DNA from: Lentisphaeria bacterium
GTDB lineage: Bacteria > Verrucomicrobiota > Lentisphaeria > JABSQK01 > JAWLHB01
NCBI GenBank assembly: GCA_041690595.1
Contig: JAWLHB010000054.1
Coordinates: 1 to 53,347 of the forward strand
Reading direction: 5' to 3'
DNA: 53,347 bases
This document shows positions 24,420 through 34,553 of this stretch, piece by piece. A program made the translations under genes and the position numbers. The notes under the pieces were generated by a model that ran no database searches, had not been told where the DNA came from, and was given only the letters and a program-made list of their open reading frames with translations. Numbering within the stretch: the first letter of the stretch is position 1; each line of letters begins with the position of its first letter.

Positions 24420-26444
24420 ATGACGCCGAAGCGCAACACGATTATTGAGAGCTTGGGAGTGTATCTGCCACCCAAGGTGGTGCCGACGCGCGATGTCATG
24501 CGGGCATGTCGCAATACCGTCCTCTATCCACTTGAGCGGTTGACCGGGATCAAGTTCCGCCGCATGGCGGGTGATAACGAATTCTCGATCGACTTGGCTC
24601 GCAAAGCCATCGCCTCCTGTCTGGAGCGTTCGAAGTATCAGCCGGGGGACATCGACCTGCTCATCTGCTGTAACATCTCCCGTTATGATGGGCCCAACTT
24701 TCAGTTCTCCTTCGAACCAAGCACCTCCGCCAAGCTGCGCGATCACTTTGGCCTGGTCAACGCCATCTGCTTTGACATCTCCAACGCCTGCGCGGGCATG
24801 TTCACCGGCGTAACGGTGGCGGACGGCTTCATCAAGGCTGGCGCGGCCCGCAACGCCCTGGTTGTCAGCGGCGAGTATATCACCCACCTGACCCGCACGG
24901 CGCAGCAGGAAATCGAGAACAATGAGGACGACCGCGTTGCCTGCCTGACTCTCGGCGATTCCGGCGCGGCCGTGGTTCTGGAGCCATCTCCGGATGACCA
25001 GCATGGCTTTCACGATCTGGATCTGTACACGCTTGGCCGTTACAGCGAGTTCTGCATCGCCCGGCCGACCGAGCATGAGCATGGCGGCGCCATCATGTTC
25101 ACCGAGTCGATCAAAATCCACGCCGTGGCGATCAAGGAATCCGTGATGCATCTGGGGCGCACCTTGAAGAAGCTGCGTTGGCCCAAGCAGTCCATCAGTC
25201 ATGTGATCATGCATCAGACGGCGCGCACCGCTATCTCGGAGCTTGCCCGGCAGGTCAACCAGATGCTGCGCGAGGAAGTGTGCAACCGCACCACCATGGT
25301 CAACAACCTCGCCGAACGGGGCAACACCTCCACCACCAGTCACTTTGTCGCCATCTGGGACAACATCCTGCGCCAGCGCATTCGCTCGGAGGAGAGTGTC
25401 GTCTTTGCCATTCAGGCTTCCGGCATCACCATCGGCACCGCTCCCTACACCTTCGACAACCTGCCCGACCGCCTGCGCACCATGGTCGCCAACAAGCAGG
25501 CCGCGCCAAAGCTGATGGCGGTGCCGCCGAAAACCAACGACCATCTCAAGGGCCCCCGCATCCGGATCGAGAGCATTGGTCTCGTGCCCGATGCGCCGGA
25601 CCGCCCCCGGGATTCCATCGAACTGGCCCGCCTGGCCGGCGAAGCCTGTTTCGCCAATTCCGCTCACGAGCGCGGTCAGATCGACCTACTGCTCAACGCT
25701 GGCGTTCATCGCAACGAGTTCATCTGTGAGCCGGCCATTGCCGCCCTGATTGCCGGCAAGCTGCGCCTCAACGATGTGGCCGATGGTCCGCCCGATGCCA
25801 AGACCCTCGCGTTTGACATCTTCAATGGCGCCGTCGGCTTCCTCGATGCCTGCTTCAGCGCCCTGACCATGATCAAGGCCGGCAAGCACCGCCATGTCAT
25901 GGTTGTCACCAGCGAGATCGAAAACAACGCCGACATCTATCCCGACCGCGTGCTCAATCTCAAAGAGACCGGCAGCGCCCTCATTCTCGAGGAAGATGCC
26001 GACGGCACCACCGGCTTCGGCGCCTTCGCCTTTCGCTACTTCACCCAGTACATCGACCGATTTGTCTCCAGCATCGGCCAGAATCATGGCATCAACTTTC
26101 TTCGCTTCTTCAAGGATCCCGACCTGGAGCGCCTCTACCTCGACTGCATCCCCCAGGTCGTCCGTGAGGTGCTGGCCAAGGAGAAGCTCGAGCTTCATCA
26201 GATCACCGCGATCTTCCCGCCGCAGATCTCCAGCGACTTCATCGCCAAGCTCGGCGGTAAGCTGTCGGTAGCCAAGGAGAAGATGGTGGATATTGCCCTG
26301 GAAGGCAAAGACTTCTTCACCTCGTCCATGCCCTTTGCCGTCAAGCACGCGCAGGAGAGCGGCATGGTGAAAGCCGGCGATATCGGCCTGATCATCAACG
26401 TCGGTACCGGCATCCAAGTCGCCTGCGCCATCTACTACTTCTGA
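24420..26444 (+). CDS. Tandem-duplicated 3-oxoacyl-ACP synthase III (FabH/OleA-like) didomain
   Basis: Domain 1 FEPST, DISNACAG, IMHQT, GNTS; domain 2 repeats the fold (CEPAIA, FDIFNGAVG, IFPPQIS, FFTSS, GTGIQV) without catalytic Cys/His/Asn. Confidence 0.85.
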   Translation: MTPKRNTIIESLGVYLPPKVVPTRDVMRACRNTVLYPLERLTGIKFRRMAGDNEFSIDLARKAIASCLERSKYQPGDIDLLICCNISRYDGPNFQFSFEPSTSAKLRDHFGLVNAICFDISNACAGMFTGVTVADGFIKAGAARNALVVSGEYITHLTRTAQQEIENNEDDRVACLTLGDSGAAVVLEPSPDDQHGFHDLDLYTLGRYSEFCIARPTEHEHGGAIMFTESIKIHAVAIKESVMHLGRTLKKLRWPKQSISHVIMHQTARTAISELARQVNQMLREEVCNRTTMVNNLAERGNTSTTSHFVAIWDNILRQRIRSEESVVFAIQASGITIGTAPYTFDNLPDRLRTMVANKQAAPKLMAVPPKTNDHLKGPRIRIESIGLVPDAPDRPRDSIELARLAGEACFANSAHERGQIDLLLNAGVHRNEFICEPAIAALIAGKLRLNDVADGPPDAKTLAFDIFNGAVGFLDACFSALTMIKAGKHRHVMVVTSEIENNADIYPDRVLNLKETGSALILEEDADGTTGFGAFAFRYFTQYIDRFVSSIGQNHGINFLRFFKDPDLERLYLDCIPQVVREVLAKEKLELHQITAIFPPQISSDFIAKLGGKLSVAKEKMVDIALEGKDFFTSSMPFAVKHAQESGMVKAGDIGLIINVGTGIQVACAIYYF

Positions 26445-26539
26445 GCGGACGGCACGACTCGGAGAGGATCTCCCTGATCAGTACCATGGAATTAAGCTCA
26501 CGTGGGGAAGCGTGACGCAGTGGACTCCATGGGCCGGTA

Positions 26540-26575
26540 AACAGATCGCGGAAGATGCAGCATCCGCGATCTGTT
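26540..26575. terminator. Stem-loop between convergent genes
   Basis: 13-bp inverted repeat aacagatcgcgga/tccgcgatctgtt. Confidence 0.55.
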
Positions 26576-26602
26576 CCCGAAAGCCCGTGAGCAAGGAGAG
26601 GC

Positions 26603-28870
26603 TCAACTGCCCTGTTGCTGGCGAATGAGATTGAGCGCGCTGCCTGCCTTGAACCACCCGATCTGCACGTCGCTCATGGTGTGTTCGGCGGCAAATCTGT
26701 CTACGCTCCCGTCGGCATGCGTGACCTCGACGGTGATCTTCGAGCCCGGGGCGAGCGCCGCCAGGCCGCGGATACTGATGCGGTCATCCGCACGGATCTT
26801 GTCGTAATCGGCCGGATTCGCGAAGGTCAGCGGCAGAACTCCCTGCTTCTTCAGGTTCGTCTCGTGGATTCGCGCGAAGCCACGGACCAGCACGGCGCGA
26901 CAGCCGAGGTGGCGCGGCTCCATGGCCGCATGCTCACGACTGCTCCCTTCGCCATAGTTCTCGTCGCCGACCGCTATCCAGTTGTGTCCCTTCGCCTTGT
27001 AGTCGCGCGCGATGTCGCAAAGCTTCTGCTCTTCCTCGCCGGTAAGCACATTGACGCCGCGGCCGGGCCCCTTGGCAAAGCAGTTGTTGGCGCCGCAGAA
27101 CATGTTGTCGGAGATGTTGTCCAGATGACCACGGAAGCGCAGCCACGGGCCGGCGGGAGAGATGTGATCGGTCGTGCACTTGCCGTCCGCCTTGAGCAGG
27201 ACGAGCAAATCCTCGATGTCGCCGCCATCCCAAGCGCTGAAGGGGCTGAGCAACTGCAGGCGATCGCTGTCGTCGGCGACTTCGATCTGCACGGTATTGC
27301 CGATCTCCGCGGGGGGCTCATAGCCGGAGGCGCCCTTGTCCCAGCCGCGTGATGGCAGCTCATCGCCAGTCGGTGGATCCAGCTTCACCACGCTGCCATC
27401 TTCCGCGACCAGTGTATCCGTGATCGGGTTGAAGGAGATGCGCCCGGCAATGACCATCGCGGTGACGATCTCCGGGCTTCCGATAAAGGCCAGTGTCGCC
27501 GGATTCCCGTCATTCCGCGCCCGGAAATTGCGATTGAAGGAGGTGATGATCGAGTTTTTGACATTAGGGCCGATATCGTGGCGAGCCCATTGGCCGATGC
27601 AGGGACCGCAGGCATTGGCCAATACCTGGCCACCGATCGCTTCCAGTGTCGTCAACTGGCCGTCGCGCTGAATGGTCGCGCGAACCTGCTCGCTCCCGGG
27701 TGTGATCAGGAACTCGCTCTTGGCCTTGATCCCCTTGTCGATTGCCTGCCTGGCGACATTGGCCGCCCGGCTGATGTCTTCGTAGCTCGAATTGGTGCAG
27801 GAGCCGATGAGGCCCACTTTCAGGTCTTCCGGATAACCCTCCTTCTCGATCTCGGCCTTGAAGACGGAGAGGGGCCGGTCCAGGTCCGGCGTAAAAGGAC
27901 CGACGACGTGCGGCTCCAGCTCGTCGAGATTGATCTCGATCACCTGATCGTAATAACGCTCTGGATTGGCGGCGACTTCCGGGTCGGCAGCCAGGCATTC
28001 CGCATTGGCGCGGGCCAGCTCGGCCACTTCCGACCGTTCCGTGCTCTCCAGATAGGCGGCCATGCGCTCATCGAAGGGAAAGACACTCGTCGTCGCGCCG
28101 ATCTCCGCGCCCATGTTGGTGATCGTTCCCTTGCCCGTGCATGAGATGGACGAGGTGCCGTCGCCGAAATACTCCACGATCTTGCCGGTGCCCCCCTTGA
28201 CCGTCAGGATACCGGCCAACTTGAGGATGACATCCTTCGGCGATGTCCAGCCATTCAGCTTGCCTGTCAGCTTGACGCCGATGACCCCTGGCCACCGGAG
28301 CTCCCACGGCATCCCCGCCATGACGTCCACCGCATCGGCACCGCCGACGCCGATGGCGATCATGCCCAGGCCGCCCGCGTTGGGCGTATGCGAGTCCGTG
28401 CCGATCATCATGCCCCCGGGGAACGCATAGTTCTCCAGCACCACCTGATGGATGATGCCGCTGCCAGGCTTCCAGAAGCCGACCCCGTATTTGCGCGAGA
28501 CGCTCTTGAGGAAGGCGTACACTTCGTTGTTCTGCTCGAGCGCCCGCTCGAGGTCTTCGTCGGCCCCGTTGCGTGCCTGGATAAGGTGATCACAGTGCAC
28601 GGTGCTGGGAGCCGCCACGGTCTTGCGCCCGGCCTGCATGAACTGCAGCAGCGCCATCTGCGCGGTGGCGTCCTGCATGGCGACACGATCCGGATTCAGA
28701 AACGCATACGTCTTGAGCCGTTCAGGCGCCGTCTCCAGCTCCTCCGCCAGGTGCGCGACGAGGATCTTTTCCGTGAGGGTGACGGGGCGTCCATAGAGCT
28801 TGCGTGCCGCGTTCTGGCGGTCCTTCATCCGGGCATAGACGCCGCGGATCATGTCGATGTCGAAAGGCAT
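26603..28870 (-). CDS. acnA: Aconitate hydratase (mitochondrial-type)
   Basis: [67 protein letters not shown]. Confidence 0.95.
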   Translation of the reverse strand: MPFDIDMIRGVYARMKDRQNAARKLYGRPVTLTEKILVAHLAEELETAPERLKTYAFLNPDRVAMQDATAQMALLQFMQAGRKTVAAPSTVHCDHLIQARNGADEDLERALEQNNEVYAFLKSVSRKYGVGFWKPGSGIIHQVVLENYAFPGGMMIGTDSHTPNAGGLGMIAIGVGGADAVDVMAGMPWELRWPGVIGVKLTGKLNGWTSPKDVILKLAGILTVKGGTGKIVEYFGDGTSSISCTGKGTITNMGAEIGATTSVFPFDERMAAYLESTERSEVAELARANAECLAADPEVAANPERYYDQVIEINLDELEPHVVGPFTPDLDRPLSVFKAEIEKEGYPEDLKVGLIGSCTNSSYEDISRAANVARQAIDKGIKAKSEFLITPGSEQVRATIQRDGQLTTLEAIGGQVLANACGPCIGQWARHDIGPNVKNSIITSFNRNFRARNDGNPATLAFIGSPEIVTAMVIAGRISFNPITDTLVAEDGSVVKLDPPTGDELPSRGWDKGASGYEPPAEIGNTVQIEVADDSDRLQLLSPFSAWDGGDIEDLLVLLKADGKCTTDHISPAGPWLRFRGHLDNISDNMFCGANNCFAKGPGRGVNVLTGEEEQKLCDIARDYKAKGHNWIAVGDENYGEGSSREHAAMEPRHLGCRAVLVRGFARIHETNLKKQGVLPLTFANPADYDKIRADDRISIRGLAALAPGSKITVEVTHADGSVDRFAAEHTMSDVQIGWFKAGSALNLIRQQQGS

Positions 28871-29022
28871 GGGTAAATCCTTGCTTTGGCTGAGGGAATT
28901 ATGCTGATTACCGGCTGCTTACTATGAGCGAATTGCCCCGATTTTCAAGTCTTGAGGCTGAGTTGGCCTGCTTCCGACCGCACGAATACCATACCTCGGC
29001 GACAGGGTATTGTCCGTTGCGG

Positions 29023-29283
29023 CTACAGAACGTACAGCACGTGCGGCGACGCACCGAGGCTCGCGTACAAGCTCAGTCGATCGGCCTCGGACACCACCGT
29101 CAGTTCCAGGTTCATGCTCACATAGCTGCCCTTGCGGCTGCGGTGGGACAACTCCAGCGCATACGCACGCTGGCCGACGACCTCCGCCACCACGGTGCGC
29201 AGCGCCGTCTGCTCACGTCCCACCAGCTTGTACTGCCAGGGGGTCGGATAGGTGATCTCGGGTTGTTGCGGTGTATCGGCCAT
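29023..29283 (-). CDS. DUF493/YbeD (HP0495) family protein
   Basis: ITYPTPWQYKLVG, SRKGSYVSMNL, LYASL...V.YVL. Confidence 0.8.
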   Translation of the reverse strand: MADTPQQPEITYPTPWQYKLVGREQTALRTVVAEVVGQRAYALELSHRSRKGSYVSMNLELTVVSEADRLSLYASLGASPHVLYVL

Positions 29284-29427
29284 GGGAGGGATCTCGGTGA
29301 AGGTTTGGCTTGTACGCTGCCACGCCTCCGCCACTTTTTCAAGCATTTCGCGGCGGCGCGTGGACTTATTGGCCCCGCATGCCTATAGTTTGCCTTCCGC
29401 AGCCTGAGAATGACCCGAGGAGAAGGT

Positions 29428-29934
29428 ATGACTGCCGCTGACTGGATTCACCATCTCGAGCTCATCCCCCACCCGGAGGGCGGCTATTTCCGCGAGAGCT
29501 ATCGTGCCACCGAGTCCATCTCGCCCGATGCTCTTCCGGAGCGCTATAATCAGCCGCGCCACCTCAGCACCGCCATCTTCTTCCTCCTCATAAGCGGGCA
29601 TTTCTCCGCCTTTCACCGTGTCCAGTCGGATGAGTTATGGCACTTTCATGATGGCTCGCCCCTTACCCTGCACCTCCTTGATCCCGATGGCCGGTTGCGC
29701 CGCCTGCACCTCGGTCTCCAGCCACATCTGGGCCAACTGCCACAGCAGACGATCCCCGCCGGAACATGGTTCGCCGCCTCTGTCGACGACCCCGATACTT
29801 TCACCCTTGTCGGCTGCACCGTCGCACCCGGCTTCGATTTTGCCGATTTCCAACTGGCGGACCGACGCAGCCTCTGCGCCGATTTCCCCCAGCATGCCGA
29901 TCTTATCATAAAGCTGACCCGAAGGAGTTCGTGA
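29428..29934 (+). CDS. Cupin_5 (DUF985) family protein
   Basis: LELIPHPEGGYFRESY, TAIFFLL, SAFHRVQSDELWHF, LVGCTVAPGFDFADF. Confidence 0.9.
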   Translation: MTAADWIHHLELIPHPEGGYFRESYRATESISPDALPERYNQPRHLSTAIFFLLISGHFSAFHRVQSDELWHFHDGSPLTLHLLDPDGRLRRLHLGLQPHLGQLPQQTIPAGTWFAASVDDPDTFTLVGCTVAPGFDFADFQLADRRSLCADFPQHADLIIKLTRRSS

Positions 29935-30959
29935 TGAGCAACCCTGTGCGCGTTGTCCTTGTTGGTTGTGGTGGAATCAGCGGCGCCTGGCTGCGCCCCG
30001 CGGTTGAGATGAACGACATGCAGATCGTCGGCCTGGTCGACCTCAACAAGAAGGCTGCCACCGCTCGCGCCGAAGAGTTCGGCCTCCACGATGCCGAGAT
30101 CGGCACTGACCTTGGAGCGATGCTCGCCCGCCTCCAGCCCGACGCCGTCTTCGACTGCACCCTGCCCGAGGTCCATGCCAAGGTCACGCTCACCGCCCTC
30201 AGCCACGGTTGCCACGTGCTCGGCGAGAAGCCGCTGGCCGACACCATGGCCAATGCCAAAGCCATGGTCCAGGCCGCCGCCGATGCCGGCAAGCTCTACG
30301 CCGTCATCCAGAATCGCCGCTACGATCCGCGCATCCGCTCTCTGCGCCGCTTCCTCGACAGCGGCGCCATCGGTACCATCACCACCGTCAACGCCGACTT
30401 CTACATCGGCGCCCATTTCGGTGGTTTCCGCGACCGCATGAAGCACGTCCTGCTCCTCGACATGGCCATCCACAGCTTTGACCAGGGTCGCTACATCAGC
30501 GCCGCCGATCCGCAAAGTGTCTATTGCCACGAGTGGAACCCCTTCGGCTCATGGTACGACCATCATGCCAGCGCCATCGCCATTTTCGAGATGAGCGAAG
30601 GCCTCGTCTTCACCTATCGCGGCAGCTGGTGCGCCGAAGGCATGAACACCTCCTGGGAATGCGACTGGCGCATCATCGGCACCGAAGGCTCCGTCCGCTG
30701 GAACGGCGGCGACGACTTCAAGGCCGAGGTCGTCACCAGGCGCGAAGGCTTCATCTCCGAGCACGAAGCACGGCAGGTGGAGGTCATCGACGACCAGGCC
30801 CTCCGCGGTCATGCCGGCCTCATCCGCGAATTCATCGACTGCATCCGCGGCGGCTCAACCCCCCAGACCATCGCCTCCGACAACATCAAGAGTCTCGCCA
30901 TGGTATTTGGCGCCATCGAAAGCGCGGAAAGCAGCCGGAAAGTGATGATCAGCCTCTGA
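29934..30959 (+). CDS. Gfo/Idh/MocA-family oxidoreductase
   Basis: VLVGCGGIS, HVLGEKPLA, QNRRY, LLDMAIHSFD. Confidence 0.9.
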   Translation: MSNPVRVVLVGCGGISGAWLRPAVEMNDMQIVGLVDLNKKAATARAEEFGLHDAEIGTDLGAMLARLQPDAVFDCTLPEVHAKVTLTALSHGCHVLGEKPLADTMANAKAMVQAAADAGKLYAVIQNRRYDPRIRSLRRFLDSGAIGTITTVNADFYIGAHFGGFRDRMKHVLLLDMAIHSFDQGRYISAADPQSVYCHEWNPFGSWYDHHASAIAIFEMSEGLVFTYRGSWCAEGMNTSWECDWRIIGTEGSVRWNGGDDFKAEVVTRREGFISEHEARQVEVIDDQALRGHAGLIREFIDCIRGGSTPQTIASDNIKSLAMVFGAIESAESSRKVMISL

Positions 30960-31047
30960 CGCTTTATCGTCGGGCGGTGCAATCGCGCCGTCCTTACGCT
31001 ACATTAGGTGGAACTGCCTCTTTCCATCTTCAGCGGGGACCCTGTGC

Positions 31048-32172
31048 ATGCGTATTGGCATCGTCTGTTATCCATCCATCGGCGGCTCGGGACTGGTCGC
31101 CACCCAGCTTGGCATCAGCCTCGCCTCCTATGGCCACGAGGTGCATTTCATCTCCTACGCCTCCCCTTTCAAGCTCAAGGACTATCACGCCCGGATCCAG
31201 TTCCACGCTGTCGATCCCATCAACTACCCCCTCTTTCACCAGACCCTCTATACCTTCTCCCTTACCGCCAAGATCATCGAGGTGGTCAACGACTTCGATC
31301 TCGACATCGTTCACGCCCACTATTCCATCCCCCATTCCCTCTGCGCTCACCTGGCCCGCGAAATTACCGGGCGCGACTTCAAGATCGTCACCACCCTTCA
31401 CGGCACCGACGTCACCATCGTCGGTCAGGATCGCCCTCTCTACCCGATCAACAAGTACGGCATCGAGCAGAGCGACAAAGTTACCACCGTCTCCAACTTC
31501 CAGCGCGACTACACCAAGCAGTTCATCGGCATCCGCAAGGAAATCGAGGTCATCTACAATTTCGTCGATACCGCCGTCTTTCAGCCGCGCCAGGGCGCAC
31601 GCCGCGGCCTGGCGCCACCCGACGAGAAGGTGGTCATGCACATCAGCAACTTCCGCGAGCCCAAGAACCCGCGCGGCGTCATCGAAGCCTTCAATATCGC
31701 TCAGAAGCAGATTCCCGGAATGCGCCTCGCCCTCGTCGGTGACGGACCCGAGATCGGCACCATCAAGGCCCTCTGCCGCTCCATGAAGATCTGTGAGAAG
31801 GTCATTTTCCTCGGCGCGGTCGACAATGTCGAAAGCGTCCTTCCCATGGCCGATTGCGTCCTTCAGCCCAGTTACCGGGAGTCGTTCGGCATGGTCCTCC
31901 TCGAAGCCATGAGCTGCGCGGTGCCCACCGTCTCCAGCAATGTCGACGGCATCCCGGAAGTCGTTGTCGAGGGCGAAACCGGCTACATGGCCGGACCCGA
32001 CGATCACCAGGCTCTGGCCGAGGGCCTCATCCGCGTCTTTGCCTCCGATAAGGAGCAGGCCCGCCTTGGCCAGAATGGCCGCGAGCGGGCCGCCGGCACT
32101 TTCCACATGGACCAGATCGTCCCGCAGTACATCGACTGCTATGAACGCGTCCTTGATGGCGATGTCCGCTGA
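31048..32172 (+). CDS. bshA: N-acetyl-alpha-D-glucosaminyl L-malate synthase
   Basis: MRIGIVCYPSIGGSGLVAT, HAHYSIPH, TTLHGTDVTIVG, HISNFR..K, ESFGMVLLEAM. Confidence 0.88.
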   Translation: MRIGIVCYPSIGGSGLVATQLGISLASYGHEVHFISYASPFKLKDYHARIQFHAVDPINYPLFHQTLYTFSLTAKIIEVVNDFDLDIVHAHYSIPHSLCAHLAREITGRDFKIVTTLHGTDVTIVGQDRPLYPINKYGIEQSDKVTTVSNFQRDYTKQFIGIRKEIEVIYNFVDTAVFQPRQGARRGLAPPDEKVVMHISNFREPKNPRGVIEAFNIAQKQIPGMRLALVGDGPEIGTIKALCRSMKICEKVIFLGAVDNVESVLPMADCVLQPSYRESFGMVLLEAMSCAVPTVSSNVDGIPEVVVEGETGYMAGPDDHQALAEGLIRVFASDKEQARLGQNGRERAAGTFHMDQIVPQYIDCYERVLDGDVR

Positions 32173-32207
32173 GCGCCTCCCCCTTTTCAACGCCGAAAGG
32201 AACTCCC

Positions 32208-33770
32208 ATGGGCAATAATCTCCATTATTTTCACCCGAGCTGGATCGAAAGCTCCACGGAATTGCTCAGCGTCGACATCTGTGTCTATGGCGGTACCGCC
32301 GCCGGGGTCGTCGCCGCCGTCACCGCCGCCCGCGCCGGCCGAAGCACGCTTCTCCTGCATCCGGGGCGGCACATCGGCGGCATGACCTCCGGCGGCCTGA
32401 GCAACACCGACATCGGCAACAAGTTCGCCATCGGCGGTCTCGCTCGCCAGTTCTATCGCGATCTCGGCGCCCACTACGGATGGAAGGAGTCATGGCGCTT
32501 CGAACCTCACGTGGCCGAGAAACTCCTTCTCGCCTGGTTGCGCGACAGCGGCCTCACCATTCGCTGGAGCGCCTTCCTCGATCAGGTCGATCTCGACGGC
32601 GACCGCATTGGCCAGATCACCCTGCGGGGCGGCCTTCGCGTCAAGGCCCGCGTCTTCATCGACGCCACCTACGAAGGTGACCTCATGGCCGGGGCCAATG
32701 TCCCGTACGCCGTCGGTCGCGAAGACAACTCCACCTACGGCGAATCCTTCAATGGCGCGCAGATCAATCCCACCCACCAGTTCGACAAGCCTGTCGATCC
32801 CTACCGTGTCCCCGGCCGACCGGATAGCGGTCTGCTTCCCAGGATCAACGACGCGCCGCCACCCCCCATCGGCTCCGGCGACCATCGCATCCAGGCCTAC
32901 AACTTTCGCTTGTGCATGACCTCCGACTATACCCGCATCGTCTCCTTCCCCAGGCCCAGCGATTACCGAGCCGACGAGTACATCCTCGCCGCCCGCTGGC
33001 TCGCCACCACCGCGGACAGCATCTTCACCAAGTTCGATCTCATCGCCCCGGACAAGACCGACACCAATAACCATGGCGCGGTCTCCACTGACTACATCGG
33101 CGCCAACTACGGCTGGCCCGACGGTACCTTCGAAGCTCGGGAAGTCATCTTCCAGGACCACGTGCGCTACCAACAGGGGCTCCACTGGTTCATGGCCAAT
33201 TCCCCCGATGTCCCCGACCGCATCCGCCACCGTTACGCCCAGTGGGGGCTGGCAGGCGACGAATTCGTCGACACGGATCATTGGCCCCACCAGCTCTATG
33301 TCCGCGAAGCCAGGCGTATGATCGCCGACTACGTCGTCACCGACCGCGATTGCCTCGGCCATCGCCGCTGCGACGATCCCGTCGGCATGGGCGCCTACAG
33401 CATGGACTCGCATAACTGCCAGCGCTGCCTCCGCGACGGCGCCGTCATCAACGAAGGGGACATTCAGCGGCCGCTCGACCAGCCGTACCCGATCTCCTGG
33501 CGGGCCATTGTTCCCGGCGACAACGCCTGCGACAACCTCCTCGTGCCCGTCTGCGTCTCCGCCTCTCACATCGCCTTTGGCTCCATCCGCATGGAGCCCG
33601 TCTTCATGATCCTCGCGCAATCCGCGGCGATCGCCGCCGACCTCGCCATCGCCGCCGATTCCCGCTGCCAGGACGTACCCTACGCCAGCCTCCGCGAGCG
33701 CCTCGAAGCGGCCGGGCAAATCCTCGCCTGCGACTCCACCAACCACGACTCACCCGGCAACGCCGTCTGA
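32208..33770 (+). CDS. FAD-dependent oxidoreductase (FAD_oxidored family)
   Basis: DICVYGGTAAG, GGMTSGGL, FIDATYEGDL, IQAYNFRLC, LYVREARRM, SIRMEPVFM. Confidence 0.85.
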   Translation: MGNNLHYFHPSWIESSTELLSVDICVYGGTAAGVVAAVTAARAGRSTLLLHPGRHIGGMTSGGLSNTDIGNKFAIGGLARQFYRDLGAHYGWKESWRFEPHVAEKLLLAWLRDSGLTIRWSAFLDQVDLDGDRIGQITLRGGLRVKARVFIDATYEGDLMAGANVPYAVGREDNSTYGESFNGAQINPTHQFDKPVDPYRVPGRPDSGLLPRINDAPPPPIGSGDHRIQAYNFRLCMTSDYTRIVSFPRPSDYRADEYILAARWLATTADSIFTKFDLIAPDKTDTNNHGAVSTDYIGANYGWPDGTFEAREVIFQDHVRYQQGLHWFMANSPDVPDRIRHRYAQWGLAGDEFVDTDHWPHQLYVREARRMIADYVVTDRDCLGHRRCDDPVGMGAYSMDSHNCQRCLRDGAVINEGDIQRPLDQPYPISWRAIVPGDNACDNLLVPVCVSASHIAFGSIRMEPVFMILAQSAAIAADLAIAADSRCQDVPYASLRERLEAAGQILACDSTNHDSPGNAV

Positions 33771-33786
33771 AGGAAGCCGCCGCACC

Positions 33787-34551
33787 GTGACCACGAATCC
33801 CTTCATCATCGACTTCCAGCCCGCCGACATCCCCGGCCTCGTCGCCTTCTGGACCTTCAAGCGCTCTGCCGACCACTACACTGCTACCGCCGGCGAAGCT
33901 TACACCCTCCGCTCGCAATCCGGCCTGCTCGACGTCGTCCATGAGGACCTTGGCCCCCTCGGTGGCGCAGCCCTTGACCTCCGCGAAGGTCAGTGGCTCA
34001 ATATTCCCCGCCGCGACTGCCCGAAGCTCGACATTCATGGCCCCGACGGACACCTCACCGTAATTGCCTGGATCAAGCGCCGCCGAACCGCCTCTCCCCA
34101 CTGCGAGTTCATCGCCGGCCAATGGAACGAGAGCCGGCGCGGGCGCCAATATGGTCTCTTTCTCAATATCGGCGTGTGGGGGCAAACCGACCAGATCTGC
34201 GGCCACCTCTCCAACGTCGGTGGGCCCACTCCCGGTTACAAGTACTGCATGGATGGGCCGGTCGGCGCCACCGTCGTCCCCTGGGATGGCTGGTCCGTCG
34301 TCGCCATGAGCTACGATGGCCATTGCGGCTATGCCTGGCTCGACGGCACCCTCGACGCGCGCCCCGGCCTCAATCCGTACTCCATGGCTGGCGGCCTGAA
34401 CGATGGCGGTCCCCACGGCTCCGACTTCACGGTCGGCGCCGTCGACCGCTCCGGTGAGATTGGCAACTACTTCACCGGCCTGCTCGCCGGCCTCGCCGTC
34501 TACCGCCGCGCGCTCACGCCCGCCGAGATCTTCGCCCTCGCCAGCCTCTGA
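33787..34551 (+). CDS. LamG/concanavalin A-like jelly-roll protein
   Basis: GLVAFWTF, LTVIAWIK, W..VAMSYDG..WLDG, F.G....LAVYRRALTPAEI. Confidence 0.7.
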   Translation: MTTNPFIIDFQPADIPGLVAFWTFKRSADHYTATAGEAYTLRSQSGLLDVVHEDLGPLGGAALDLREGQWLNIPRRDCPKLDIHGPDGHLTVIAWIKRRRTASPHCEFIAGQWNESRRGRQYGLFLNIGVWGQTDQICGHLSNVGGPTPGYKYCMDGPVGATVVPWDGWSVVAMSYDGHCGYAWLDGTLDARPGLNPYSMAGGLNDGGPHGSDFTVGAVDRSGEIGNYFTGLLAGLAVYRRALTPAEIFALASL

Positions 34552-34553
34552 CT

